DNA of 64,000 nucleotides from Eubacteriales bacterium (GTDB taxonomy: Bacteria; Bacillota; Clostridia; Oscillospirales; SIG627), in the NCBI GenBank assembly GCA_045597125.1, contig JAZODR010000021.1:22062-86061 (forward strand). The letters run 5' to 3'. The notes below the pieces were generated by a model that was not told the origin of the DNA, searched no databases, and saw only the letters and a program-made list of their open reading frames with translations. Position numbers and translations under genes: made by a program. Below are positions 44,684 through 53,834 of the stretch, one piece after another. Position 1 is the first letter of the stretch. Every line of letters begins with the position of its first letter.

Positions 44684-45487
44684 ATGTTAAAACCGTTTTT
44701 CAATCAGGAAAAAATTGAATATTTTGCTGCTCTTTCTCCCAAAGACATTATTCTTTGGGACCGTGAAAAATTTGACCGTTTGGAAGCACAGATGGGGAAA
44801 ATTAAAAGTGTGGTGGTCTTTCTTATTCCCTACAATGCGGGGCAAAAAACCACCAATTTGTCCGTTTACGCCCAGGTGAAGGATTATCATCTGTATCTGC
44901 GAGAACTTTCCGCGCGGTTGGATGTTTTTTTGAAAGAGAAAGGGATTCAAGTTGCTTTTCGAGGCTTTGCGGATTCTTCTCCCTTGGCTGAACGGGAAAC
45001 TGCCCTTGCGGCAGGGCTTGGCGTGATGGGGGAAAATGGACTTCTGATTCATCCTAAGTACGGCTCCTTCTTTTTTATCGGTGCTTTCTTTTTTACGGAA
45101 TGTCTGCTGCCGAATGGAACGAAGGAAGAGGCGGAAAAGTGTCTTTCCTGCGGTGCTTGTAAAAAGGCTTGTCCCACGGGTGCGATTTTGGATTCTAAGA
45201 GGGAAATGTGTCTGTCACTGATTTCTCAGAAGAAAAATCGAACTGCTGAGGAGGATGCATTGCTTGCAAAGGCGGATTGTAAATGGGGCTGTGATCTTTG
45301 CCAGAATGTTTGCCCGATGAATCAAAACGCGGCTTTAACCCCAATTCCTTTTTTTCAAAATGATCATATAACCCATCTTACTCTTGATACGGCAGAATTA
45401 CCGAAAGGGGAATTTCTTTCCCGCGCTTTTTCTTGGCGGGGCAGAGAACTGATTCGTAAAAATTTGAAGAAAACATATACGGAGTAA
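44684..45487 (+). CDS. Epoxyqueuosine reductase (QueG)-like 4Fe-4S protein
   Basis: GFADSSPLAERETALAAGLGVMGENGLLIHPKYGSFFFIG plus two ferredoxin motifs, CLSCGACKKACPTGAI and CDLCQNVCPMN. It is shorter than the canonical QueG I recall. Confidence 0.6.
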   Translation: MLKPFFNQEKIEYFAALSPKDIILWDREKFDRLEAQMGKIKSVVVFLIPYNAGQKTTNLSVYAQVKDYHLYLRELSARLDVFLKEKGIQVAFRGFADSSPLAERETALAAGLGVMGENGLLIHPKYGSFFFIGAFFFTECLLPNGTKEEAEKCLSCGACKKACPTGAILDSKREMCLSLISQKKNRTAEEDALLAKADCKWGCDLCQNVCPMNQNAALTPIPFFQNDHITHLTLDTAELPKGEFLSRAFSWRGRELIRKNLKKTYTE

Positions 45488-45518
45488 ATTTTTTACTCCG
45501 TATATGTTGATTTTTTTT
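45473..45518 (+). terminator. Rho-independent terminator
   Basis: ACATATACGGAGTAAA-TTT-TTTACTCCGTATATGT followed by TGATTTTTTTT. The stem includes the stop codon. Confidence 0.75.
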
Positions 45519-45577
45519 GTACAAACAGGTAAAATATAACATATAAGCCCTATAAAAACAATGAAAGAGAGATTTTT

Positions 45578-46396
45578 ATGAAAAATGTTTGTGTAATCAC
45601 GGGTGGCGGCAGTGGAATGGGTCTTGCCGCGGCAAAATTTATGCCCAAGGAAAAAATTATCGTTGTAACCGGTCGTACCTTATCTAAGCTTGAAAAAGCA
45701 GTTAATGAACTGACCGAGCTTGGTTATGAAGCTTATGCAAAGACCTGCGATACCTCCAAGAGAGAAGAGGTCATCGCCCTTGCAGATTATGCCGCAAGTC
45801 TTGGTGTAATCAAGAATGTGATTCATTCAGCCGGGCTTTCTCCTGCAATGGCAAAGCCTGAGCAGCTGATGCGTGTTAATGCCCTTGGAACAGTCTATGT
45901 GAATCAGGAATTTTCCAAGAGAATGAAGGATGGCGGTGTTATCGTAGATATTTCTTCTAATTCTGCATATATTCTCCCTGATTTTCTTGTCAGCAAAAAG
46001 ACCTTTTTGTTGGCAGATACCGATGAGGAGCTTTTCTTGAAAAAGGCTCTGAAGATGAGTAAAATGATTAAGGATGAATACAAATCTTCCGGTCTTGCCT
46101 ACGGAATTTCTAAAAAGTTTGTCATTTGGTATGCTGCAAAGTGCGCTTTTGAATATGGAGAAAAGGGAATTCGCGTGGTTTCCTTCAGCCCCGGACTGAT
46201 TGATACCGATATGGGTAAATTGGAGGCACAGGAAGGAGCAGCTCTTCTCAAAACTTGTGCGGAAAAGCGTATGGGTCGCCCGGAGGAATTGGGTTACGCT
46301 ATTGCAACGGTTGCCGATGAGCGCAACGGATATCTTGCAGGTGTTGATATTCTATGTGATGGCGGCAGTGTGGTGGGCAAACGTTTTGTTAAATAA
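45578..46396 (+). CDS. Short-chain dehydrogenase/reductase (SDR)
   Basis: VCVITGGGSGMGLAAA (TGxxxGxG), with NSAY...YGISK supplying the catalytic Y-x-x-x-K. Confidence 0.8.
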   Translation: MKNVCVITGGGSGMGLAAAKFMPKEKIIVVTGRTLSKLEKAVNELTELGYEAYAKTCDTSKREEVIALADYAASLGVIKNVIHSAGLSPAMAKPEQLMRVNALGTVYVNQEFSKRMKDGGVIVDISSNSAYILPDFLVSKKTFLLADTDEELFLKKALKMSKMIKDEYKSSGLAYGISKKFVIWYAAKCAFEYGEKGIRVVSFSPGLIDTDMGKLEAQEGAALLKTCAEKRMGRPEELGYAIATVADERNGYLAGVDILCDGGSVVGKRFVK

Positions 46397-46431
46397 AAAA
46401 ATCGGAGTGAACATTTCACTCCGATTTTTTT
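46395..46431. terminator. Bidirectional terminator between convergent genes
   Basis: AAAAAAATCGGAGTGAA-loop-TTCACTCCGATTTTTTT. It overlaps the stop codon of the minus-strand gene. Confidence 0.75.
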
Positions 46432-47723
46432 GCTTCTAAGCCAAGATCCCAAAGCAGACGGGACAGTACGTATTTGTCACGGATATCAGCGGTGAAAAGG
46501 AAAACATCGGGGGTGTCGTCATCTTCTGCACCTATATGAGAAGGGAGCTTTGGCATTTGAATCTTATCAAACAAAGCGTCAAGGGTTTGGGGAGAGGGGA
46601 CTTCTTCTTTGATAATGGAAAGGATTTCATCCCAATGAGACACAATGGTCTCCAGACGTTTGGCGTGGCCTTCGGGATGGTATTTTCCTTCTTTTTGCTC
46701 TAATGCGATCATTGCTTCGGCGCCTTTACCGAGAAAGGCGCGTAGTTTTTTTGCTTTTTCTGTATAGTCGAAGCGCTCTGCATGACGAAGGGCAAGATTT
46801 TTATCGGGAGTGACAGAGAGCAGCTTCGCATAAAGTTTTGCGGCAATTCTCGTGCCTACGGCGCACTGTAGACCGTGCAGATCCGCCTTTTTACCGTGAG
46901 CTAAGGAGTGCATTTCCCAAACGTGGGAAATATAATGCTCCACACCCGAAGCGGGACGGGATACTTCTGCATAAGCCATGGCAAGACCACCCAGTATAAG
47001 CCCGTCAAATACGGCTTCTACTGCTTTTTCTTCGCGGTTAAGTAAGCCATCGGCATTGTTTACGCATTTTTGCACCGCTTCGCGAACAAGACGTGCAATT
47101 TCTTCACAGTAATATTCACCTGTGATCAGATTGCCGATGCGCCATTCGCAGATGCTGATATATTTTGCTAACATATCTCCCAGGCCTGCGCGAAGCATTT
47201 TCATAGGAGCGTTTTTCAGGATTTCTGTATCACCGATGATTACGCAGGGACAGCAGGAGGGGATGGAAACCTTCAGCCCGTCACGAACCATGGAGGAACT
47301 TTCGGAAGCAAAGCCATCCATAGAGGGTGCGGTTGCTACGGTAAACAGGGGATTGCCGGTACTGCTTGCCAAAATTTTTGCCAGATCTCCGATGACACCG
47401 CTTCCAATAGCAATAATTGAGTCGCAAGTGGTGTCGTAATGAAGAAGAACGGAGCCCATTGCGAACTCGTCAGGCTCAATATGTTCTCCCGAGAGAATAC
47501 ATTCCGAAAAGGAAATGTTTTCATTTTTAAGGAGAAAATTGACCTTCTCGCCTGCCGCTTTGTAGGTGTTCTGATCGGAGAGAAGGAAGGGCTTTTTTAC
47601 ATCCTTTTCCCGAAGAATATCAGGCAAAGAGGATAAAACACCCTTTCCGCTTAAAACTTTTTCTACCCGGCTTTTGTGAATCTTTCCGCAGAAGGGGCAA
47701 GGGGTATTGGAATCAAATTTCAT
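46416..47723 (-). CDS. sn-Glycerol-1-phosphate dehydrogenase-like (AraM/EgsA; iron-containing ADH superfamily)
   Basis: N-terminal CPFCGKIH, IAIGSGVIGDLAKI (GGGS-type loop), and His-rich metal-site segments SGVEHYISHVWEM and HGLQC. Confidence 0.6.
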   Translation of the reverse strand: MKFDSNTPCPFCGKIHKSRVEKVLSGKGVLSSLPDILREKDVKKPFLLSDQNTYKAAGEKVNFLLKNENISFSECILSGEHIEPDEFAMGSVLLHYDTTCDSIIAIGSGVIGDLAKILASSTGNPLFTVATAPSMDGFASESSSMVRDGLKVSIPSCCPCVIIGDTEILKNAPMKMLRAGLGDMLAKYISICEWRIGNLITGEYYCEEIARLVREAVQKCVNNADGLLNREEKAVEAVFDGLILGGLAMAYAEVSRPASGVEHYISHVWEMHSLAHGKKADLHGLQCAVGTRIAAKLYAKLLSVTPDKNLALRHAERFDYTEKAKKLRAFLGKGAEAMIALEQKEGKYHPEGHAKRLETIVSHWDEILSIIKEEVPSPQTLDALFDKIQMPKLPSHIGAEDDDTPDVFLFTADIRDKYVLSRLLWDLGLEAKKSE

Positions 47724-47737
47724 CTTTTTTCCTCATT

Positions 47738-48025
47738 TTACAGATTGTCGTACATTTCTGTATGAAGGATATATTTTTCCTTGATGGCTTTTAGGTCCTT
47801 GATATGAGGCTGGGAGAGATGTACCTGTTGATGCGCTTTGCTTTTCCATTCCTCGAAAAGAAGAACGGTGTCTTCATCCCAGGATTTGAAATAGTAATCG
47901 TAGCGGAGGCATCCGTCTTCACGACGAACTTTATTTGCTACGCCGCTTTTCTCCAGCTCTTCCACGAATTTTCTTCCGTAGCCGTCCTTTGCCAGGTAAA
48001 CGACTGTAAGGGAGTAAGTTGCCAT
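47738..48025 (-). CDS. ABM-domain (antibiotic biosynthesis monooxygenase-like) protein
   Basis: 95 aa with a ferredoxin-like pattern (…GCLRYDYY...LLFEEWKSKAHQQVHLSQPHI…). Confidence 0.6.
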   Translation of the reverse strand: MATYSLTVVYLAKDGYGRKFVEELEKSGVANKVRREDGCLRYDYYFKSWDEDTVLLFEEWKSKAHQQVHLSQPHIKDLKAIKEKYILHTEMYDNL

Positions 48026-48044
48026 AATGTTTCTCCTTTTTTAT

Positions 48045-48083
48045 AAAACCTCTATGGTAGTTTTTCTACCATAGAGGTTTTTT
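48045..48083. terminator. Hairpin terminator after the GH127-like gene
   Basis: AAAACCTCTATGGTAG-TTTTT-CTACCATAGAGGTTTT. Confidence 0.7.
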
Positions 48084-48095
48084 GTACTGCCTAAA

Positions 48096-49964
48096 TTAGA
48101 AATAAATGCTGAAGTATTTTTGGTCGGGGATTATTTCGCTTCCTGCAGATGCGTAATCGCATACAGGAATCGTAAAGCTCTTATCGCCTTTTGTAAAGGA
48201 AAGCGTTCCACTATAGAAGCAGTCTTCACGAGAGGTCTCTTTTGCAGAGAGGGTAAAAGTTTCGTCGATCAGATAATCCTTTCCGAAAATTTCTTCTTCG
48301 GTGCATCCGACAAATTTCGTTTTGCAAAGCAGGAGTGGCCCCAGCGTGATGGTGCAACGCTTTTCTTCCAGCCAAACATCTTCGCCCACGCAGGAGTAAG
48401 CGTGATTTCTGGTCAAGAATCGACGATACATCATGGTCTGCGCTTCTTTGTGATGGGTAATTTTTTTGTTGAAGGGATGGATTTTGGGCTTTAAATCAAA
48501 TTGCAGAACGAAATGATTTTCTCCTTTTTTCAAGGGAATGCTGTGGTAAGCATCTTCCAGTGTGATGGTTTGATCACCGCAACGAAGTATTGTTTTTTCG
48601 CTCCAGGCAGGATTTCTCAAAGAAAGATTTTGGTCCTCTTTGGCACAATTGACTGAAATGGCAACCTTGCCCTCGGTAAAATATCCGTCGCTGATTTGAA
48701 CCTTGAAGGTTTTATTTTCAAACCGAAGCTTCTCATACAAATTGATGAAAAGCTGATCTTTTTTCTGCATAATTGCCGTTTCTACCATTGTGATAAAGGC
48801 GCGGGGCATATTATTGACGCAGCAATGATTGTGAACAAATTTTGCCTGTACTTCTACGTGGAAGTGCCGTCCTGCACCTCTTACACCTCTTGCGCCCCAC
48901 TTTCCGTCACGATATACACCGGCTAGGAAAGCATTGTAAAAAATGCGCTCAAAGTAGTCCATATATTCTGCTTTACCTGTCAGCATAAACAGATCCTTGT
49001 AAAGACGCATCATATGAATAGAATCGCAAGGCTCAGAAATGGAATTGATCTCTCCTGCGGCACCTGCAAACATATCGTTAAAACCGGCACTGCCAACAAG
49101 ATTTCTCTCGTATGTTTCCAAAATTTTGGCATATCCCTCGCAAGCGCGGAGATAAATTTCTTCACCGGTCAGACGGTAGTATTCTGCCAGACCCTCGTAA
49201 CAGGAAGTCATTTCGTAAATTTTTGCCCAAGTGAAGGGATTTTCCAGCCAAAGGTGGAAGGGTTTTTCTGCGATGGCATTTTCGATGAGCATAGGGGTAC
49301 GGCTTGCGGGATCTTCAAATTCCGCTACAATCTGTTTTGCGTAGGAGAAGAAGCGCTCATCTTCCGTATATTGATACAGGAGCAAAAGAGGTTTTAGAAT
49401 GGAGCAACTGGGCATTCCCAAAAACGTGCCGGTGTCACCCAAGGGGATATTATTCTTCGCCAGTTCTTCGAAAAGATGGGTTGTGTGTCTTACGGCTGCT
49501 TTTAAAATTTCGGGATCATTTGAAAGTTCATAGCAAGAAAGCAGACCCCAAAGAGTATATTTTCTGCACCAAACGTTCCAGTTAATGTACTCGGGGGTGG
49601 CAAATACATGCAGCGAATCCTTATAGGAGCCGATATATCCGTCATCACGTGCAAAAGACATAACGTCATAAGCGCTCTGAATCAAGAATTTTTTCAGCTC
49701 GGGATTACCGCAGTATTTGTATACTTCGCATCCGCTGATGACCCATTTGCCCCAGAATTCACCTTGCCAGATGCACACGGGCTCGTCATCGTCAGCCTTT
49801 GTTTCAAAGGCGCTCAGCGCTTCTTTGTAGATAACCTCTTTTGCAAACGGCGAAAAGATTCTTTCTTCAAAGAATTGATTCATTCTGTCTTTGGTTTTTC
49901 CCTCTATCTTGATTTCACTTGGTAGGGGAGATTCAATTAAATTTTGCTTTTTATATAGAATCAT
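48096..49964 (-). CDS. Glycoside hydrolase family 127-like (beta-L-arabinofuranosidase/DUF1680)
   Basis: 622 aa with an alpha/alpha-barrel-like N-terminal half. HNHCCVNNMPRAF carries the Cys-Cys pair expected of the GH127 zinc/nucleophile site. Confidence 0.6.
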   Translation of the reverse strand: MILYKKQNLIESPLPSEIKIEGKTKDRMNQFFEERIFSPFAKEVIYKEALSAFETKADDDEPVCIWQGEFWGKWVISGCEVYKYCGNPELKKFLIQSAYDVMSFARDDGYIGSYKDSLHVFATPEYINWNVWCRKYTLWGLLSCYELSNDPEILKAAVRHTTHLFEELAKNNIPLGDTGTFLGMPSCSILKPLLLLYQYTEDERFFSYAKQIVAEFEDPASRTPMLIENAIAEKPFHLWLENPFTWAKIYEMTSCYEGLAEYYRLTGEEIYLRACEGYAKILETYERNLVGSAGFNDMFAGAAGEINSISEPCDSIHMMRLYKDLFMLTGKAEYMDYFERIFYNAFLAGVYRDGKWGARGVRGAGRHFHVEVQAKFVHNHCCVNNMPRAFITMVETAIMQKKDQLFINLYEKLRFENKTFKVQISDGYFTEGKVAISVNCAKEDQNLSLRNPAWSEKTILRCGDQTITLEDAYHSIPLKKGENHFVLQFDLKPKIHPFNKKITHHKEAQTMMYRRFLTRNHAYSCVGEDVWLEEKRCTITLGPLLLCKTKFVGCTEEEIFGKDYLIDETFTLSAKETSREDCFYSGTLSFTKGDKSFTIPVCDYASAGSEIIPDQKYFSIYF

Positions 49965-50109
49965 AATTTTTTACCACTCCTTTCTCTTTCATTTTATCAT
50001 AAACTACATCTTGTTTTGTTATCAAATTCAGTGTTTTTTTAACAAAAAACGATTTTTTTTATTGCTTACGTCCGGATAAGGTGTTATAATAAAGAAAAGG
50101 AGTGATGAA

Positions 50110-50958
50110 ATGGATCCGCTGCGCAATCTTTCCCCTTTTGTTTATTCTATGGGCAAAACGGTTCGGAATAAAATGAAAAACCCCCATACTTTTTCTATGG
50201 AGTGTTGTAATGTTTTTATCTTTGTTACCCAAGGCAATGCCATTCATGAAGTGGATGGAAGAAAGCGAATTCTACAAAAAGGAACACTGGAGATTGTGCC
50301 ACCCTTTTGCCGTCAGTCGATTATCGCTGCGGGGGAGGATACAGAGATTTATTATCTCTATTTTGATTTGTTTGATCGAGTCAATTTCCGTCAAGTTCCA
50401 CGCAAGCCGTCGGTTAATGATGTTACGCGAGGTGAGCTTTACTTTGCGGATAAGCCTTCCTATAAAAATGCCGGGGAAGCCTTTGATCGGGTGATGGGGG
50501 TAATTCTTGACCTGCAGAAAAGTTTTGACCAGGAGGATGAATGGGGCTTTTTGGAGAGAAAAAGGTTGATGCTGGAACTGATTCTTTTGTTTTTTCGCGC
50601 CAAGGAAGAGGGTATGGAACATACAAACGATTTTGCTTTTGGTCACGTAGCAAAGGCTATTCGTTTCATTGAAAAAAATTATGGTGATCCTTCTCTGTGT
50701 GCCAAGAGTGTATCGGATTACGTGGGGCTAAATACGGAATATCTATCCAAGCTTTTCAATCGACAGATTCACTCCTCGCTTTCCGATTATATCCGCTCCA
50801 CCAGAGTCAGCCGTTCCAAGGAATTGTTTTTCCTTTCTCAAAAGGTGCAAGACGTGGCTTTTTCTTGCGGTTTTTCCTCATTGCCCTCTTTTTCTCGCAC
50901 TTTTAAGATTTGTACGGGTTTGTCTCCAAGGGAATATTTGCGGTCTTTGCCGAAATAA
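50110..50958 (+). CDS. AraC-family transcriptional regulator
   Basis: Cupin-like N-terminal domain and a C-terminal double HTH (VSDYVGLNTEYLSKLFNR ... VQDVAFSCGFSSLPSFSRTFKICTGLSPREY). It is divergent from the GH127 gene. Confidence 0.85.
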   Translation: MDPLRNLSPFVYSMGKTVRNKMKNPHTFSMECCNVFIFVTQGNAIHEVDGRKRILQKGTLEIVPPFCRQSIIAAGEDTEIYYLYFDLFDRVNFRQVPRKPSVNDVTRGELYFADKPSYKNAGEAFDRVMGVILDLQKSFDQEDEWGFLERKRLMLELILLFFRAKEEGMEHTNDFAFGHVAKAIRFIEKNYGDPSLCAKSVSDYVGLNTEYLSKLFNRQIHSSLSDYIRSTRVSRSKELFFLSQKVQDVAFSCGFSSLPSFSRTFKICTGLSPREYLRSLPK

Positions 50959-50999
50959 AGCATCCGGGGTTCACGGTTTCCGTGAACCCCGGATGCTTT
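50957..50999. terminator. Long perfect hairpin between the AraC gene and tRNA-Ala
   Basis: AAAGCATCCGGGGTTCACG-GTTTC-CGTGAACCCCGGATGCTTT. Confidence 0.7.
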
Positions 51000-51016
51000 A
51001 AAGGCCGATATATGTT

Positions 51017-51092
51017 TGGTGGAGCATAGGGGACTTGAACCCCTGACCCCAACACTGCCAGTGTTGTGCGCTCCCAACTGCGCTAATGCCCC
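51017..51092 (-). tRNA. tRNA-Ala (anticodon GGC)
   Basis: The minus strand reads GGGGCAT TA GCGC AGTTGGGA GCGC A CAACA CTGGCAG TGTTG GGGTC AGGGG TTCAAGT CCCCT ATGCTCC A CCA. This folds as a cloverleaf with the G3:U70 alanine identity pair and an encoded CCA. Confidence 0.9.
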
Positions 51093-51109
51093 GAATAATT
51101 ACAATGGAA

Positions 51110-51138
51110 ATTATAGCACAGGAAAGAAAAAAATGCAA
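51110..51138 (-). promoter_or_regulatory. Sigma-A-type promoter of tRNA-Ala
   Basis: On the minus strand: TTGCAT, 17-nt spacer ending in TGC, TATAAT, about 18 nt upstream of the tRNA 5' end. Confidence 0.6.
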
Positions 51139-51322
51139 TGGTTTTCGAGAAGTTTTTATTTTTTCTGTGTTGGGTATCCGTAATTCTTTCAAATTTTTAC
51201 TGTTTTGGGGAATTGCGGCTTTTTTCTTTGGAGCAGAAAAAGCAAAAAGAGCATATATTGACAGCGGAAAGCCGTTTTTGCGTTTTTCCGTTCCCGAATC
51301 AGGTCATTTTTTGGGGAAATCC

Positions 51323-51351
51323 TTGACAATAAGGAGATTTTGTGCTACTCT
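51323..51351 (+). promoter_or_regulatory. Promoter of the lysine-riboswitch operon
   Basis: TTGACA (51323-51328), 17-nt spacer ending in TGC, TACTCT. The riboswitch begins about 9 nt downstream. Confidence 0.5.
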
Positions 51352-51359
51352 TAATGTGT

Positions 51360-51524
51360 GATAGAGGTGCACTTAATCAAAAGTAATTTCCTTATTATGT
51401 GAGTTGCCGAAGCTTGGGAAATGAAAGGGATGGGTGCCGAAGCGGCTTCCGATCGGACGGGGAGTTTGCTGGCAGCTGAGAATAAGATCTCTTCTGTTGT
51501 CGCAGTTATGCGGAGTGCTATCTG
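51360..51524 (+). promoter_or_regulatory. Lysine riboswitch (L-box)
   Basis: GATAGAGGTGC...GTTGCCGAAG...GAAAGGGATGGGTGCCGAAG...CTGG...GGAGTGCTATC. These are the conserved L-box elements, with P1 formed by GATAGAGG.../...GTGCTATC. It lies upstream of the dapA-lysC-lysA genes. Confidence 0.85.
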
Positions 51525-51558
51525 ATTTCCTGAAGGTAACTTGTTTGTATTCGGAGAC

Positions 51559-51588
51559 GGTGGCTGTTCTGCAGCTACCGATTTTTTT
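51559..51588 (+). terminator. Lysine riboswitch terminator
   Basis: GGTGGCTG-TTCTG-CAGCTACC (one G-U pair) followed by GATTTTTTT, 17 nt before the dapA ATG. Confidence 0.7.
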
Positions 51589-51604
51589 AGAGAAAGGATA
51601 TGCT

Positions 51605-52495
51605 ATGAAAAATACCATTTTCCGCGGTGCAGCCACGGCAATTATTACGCCTATGAAGCAGGACGGCTCGGTGGATTTTGAGAACTTTGCCAGACTTATC
51701 GAATTTCAAATTGAGGGTGGCATCCGTGCAATCGTTGTTTGCGGCACCACCGGTGAGGCGGCTACGCTTTCCACCGAGGAGCATATTTCCGTCATTGAAT
51801 TTTGTGTTAAGACCGTAGCAGGCAGAGTACCTGTAATCGCAGGTACCGGTTCCAACGATACCGCTTACGGAATTGAGCTGAATCATCTGGCTTGTCAGGC
51901 CGGTGCGGATGCACTTCTGATGGTGACTCCTTACTATAACAAGGCCACACAGAACGGGCTTTACGAGCATTTTAAGCGTATTGCGGATGTTGCTGAAAAG
52001 CCCATCATTTTGTACAATGTGCCTTCCAGAACCGGTTGCAATTTGAAGCCTGAAACCGTTGCCCGTCTTGCCGATCACCCAATGATCGTAGGTGTGAAGG
52101 AGGCAAGCGGTGACCTTTCTCAGGTTGCTACCCTTGCCGCTTTGTGCGGTGATAAGATTGATATTTATTCCGGAAACGATGACCAAATTCTGCCCGTGCT
52201 TTCTCTGGGCGGCGCAGGTGTTATTTCCGTTTTGTCCAATCCCTTGCCTGCAGAAACCGAGGCAATTTGCCAAAAATTCTTTGAAGGGGATACCGAGGGC
52301 GCAAAGGACCTTCAGCTTCGCTATTTGCCTTTGGTTCATCTTTTGTTCTGCGAGGTAAATCCCATTCCTGCAAAAGCCGCAATGAGTGCCATGGGCTTTG
52401 GTGAGAATGTTCTTCGGTTGCCTTTGACTGCTATGGAGGAGAAGAACCGCACGTGTTTACTCGAGGAAATGAGAAAGCAGAATATTTTGCTTTGA
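51605..52495 (+). CDS. dapA: 4-hydroxy-tetrahydrodipicolinate synthase
   Basis: FRGAATAIITPM, VVCGTTGEAATLS, LMVTPYYNK and ILYNVPSRTG are DapA motifs. ATG 51605 lies after the riboswitch; the track start at 51434 is inside the aptamer. Confidence 0.9.
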   Translation: MKNTIFRGAATAIITPMKQDGSVDFENFARLIEFQIEGGIRAIVVCGTTGEAATLSTEEHISVIEFCVKTVAGRVPVIAGTGSNDTAYGIELNHLACQAGADALLMVTPYYNKATQNGLYEHFKRIADVAEKPIILYNVPSRTGCNLKPETVARLADHPMIVGVKEASGDLSQVATLAALCGDKIDIYSGNDDQILPVLSLGGAGVISVLSNPLPAETEAICQKFFEGDTEGAKDLQLRYLPLVHLLFCEVNPIPAKAAMSAMGFGENVLRLPLTAMEEKNRTCLLEEMRKQNILL

Positions 52496-52506
52496 GGTGA
52501 AGTGGA

Positions 52507-53823
52507 ATGTTGAAAGTTGTTAAATTCGGCGGAACCAGCCTTGCTTCTGCAGAGCAGTTCCGTAAGGTGCGTGACATTGTTCTCGCAGATAAAAATCGTC
52601 GCTACGTGGTGGCAAGCGCTCCCGGCAAGCGTTTCAGTGCCGATATTAAGGTCACGGATTTGCTCCTTTCCTGCTACCGTTTGGCACGTGAGGATGAAAG
52701 CTTTGATGAGCCTTTTAATCAGATTTGCGATCGTTTTCGAGAGATTATCCAAAATTTGGGAATTGATTTTTCTCTGGAGGATGACTTTGCCGCTTTTCGC
52801 GAAAGAGTGCGTAAGGGAGCAAGTGAAGCGTATATTGCTTCCCGAGGAGAGCATTTTAATTCCAAGATTCTTGCGGCTTATCTGGGTTTTCCCTTTGTGG
52901 AAAGCGCAGAGGTGATCATTTTTGATCAGAAGGGTCGTCTTTTGGAAGAGGAGACCAATGAGAGAATTGCCGCTAAGCTGAGCCAGTATTCCTGTGCGGT
53001 GCTTCCCGGCTTTTACGGTGCTACCGAATTCGGAGATATCCGTATTTTTTCTCGTGGCGGTTCCGATGTTACAGGTTCTTTGGTTGCCCGTGGCTTGAAG
53101 GCGGATTTGTACGAAAATTGGACCGATGTTTCGGGCCTTTTGATGGCAGATCCCCGTATTGTAAAGAACCCCCGTTCTATTGAGGTTGTGACTTACCGCG
53201 AACTTCGTGAGCTTTCCTATATGGGTGCCAGTGTGCTCCATGAGGATGCTATTTTCCCTGTTCGCCGCGAAGGAATCCCGATTAATATCCGTAATACCGA
53301 GGACCCCGATCACGTGGGTACTATGATTGTAGAGCGTGCTGATAAGAATGTGGGCATCGTTACCGGTATTGCCGGTAAGAAGGGCTTCGGCGCCATCTAT
53401 ATTGAGAAAGGTATGATGAATAACGAACTGGGCTTCGGCAGAAGGGTTCTTTCCGTGCTGGAGGAAAAGGGAATTAGCTTCGAGCATTTCCCCAGCGGTA
53501 TTGATACCATGACCGTGGTTGTGGATCGCGCTTCTCTGTTTGGGCACGAAAATGAATTGATTCACGCGATGCAAAAAGCGGTGAACCCCGATCACATTCA
53601 TTTGGTAGAGGACCTTTGTCTGATTGCCGTGGTGGGTCGCGGTATGATGGGCTCTCCCGGTACGGCGGCAAGACTCTTTACCGCCCTTGCCAAGGAGAAT
53701 ATCAATATTCGTATGATCGATCAGGGCTCCAGTGAGTTAAATATTATTGTGGCTTTAGAGGAGAAGGATTATGAAAAGGCGATTCGCGCCATTTATAATG
53801 GCTTTTCCCAGGAGAATGAATAA
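52507..53823 (+). CDS. lysC: Aspartate kinase
   Basis: MLKVVKFGGTSLASAEQF (N-terminal kinase motif), RGGSDVTGS, and C-terminal ACT-like repeats (IAVVGRGM...NIRMIDQGSSELNI). Confidence 0.85.
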   Translation: MLKVVKFGGTSLASAEQFRKVRDIVLADKNRRYVVASAPGKRFSADIKVTDLLLSCYRLAREDESFDEPFNQICDRFREIIQNLGIDFSLEDDFAAFRERVRKGASEAYIASRGEHFNSKILAAYLGFPFVESAEVIIFDQKGRLLEEETNERIAAKLSQYSCAVLPGFYGATEFGDIRIFSRGGSDVTGSLVARGLKADLYENWTDVSGLLMADPRIVKNPRSIEVVTYRELRELSYMGASVLHEDAIFPVRREGIPINIRNTEDPDHVGTMIVERADKNVGIVTGIAGKKGFGAIYIEKGMMNNELGFGRRVLSVLEEKGISFEHFPSGIDTMTVVVDRASLFGHENELIHAMQKAVNPDHIHLVEDLCLIAVVGRGMMGSPGTAARLFTALAKENINIRMIDQGSSELNIIVALEEKDYEKAIRAIYNGFSQENE

Positions 53824-53834
53824 TAAGGATTTTT

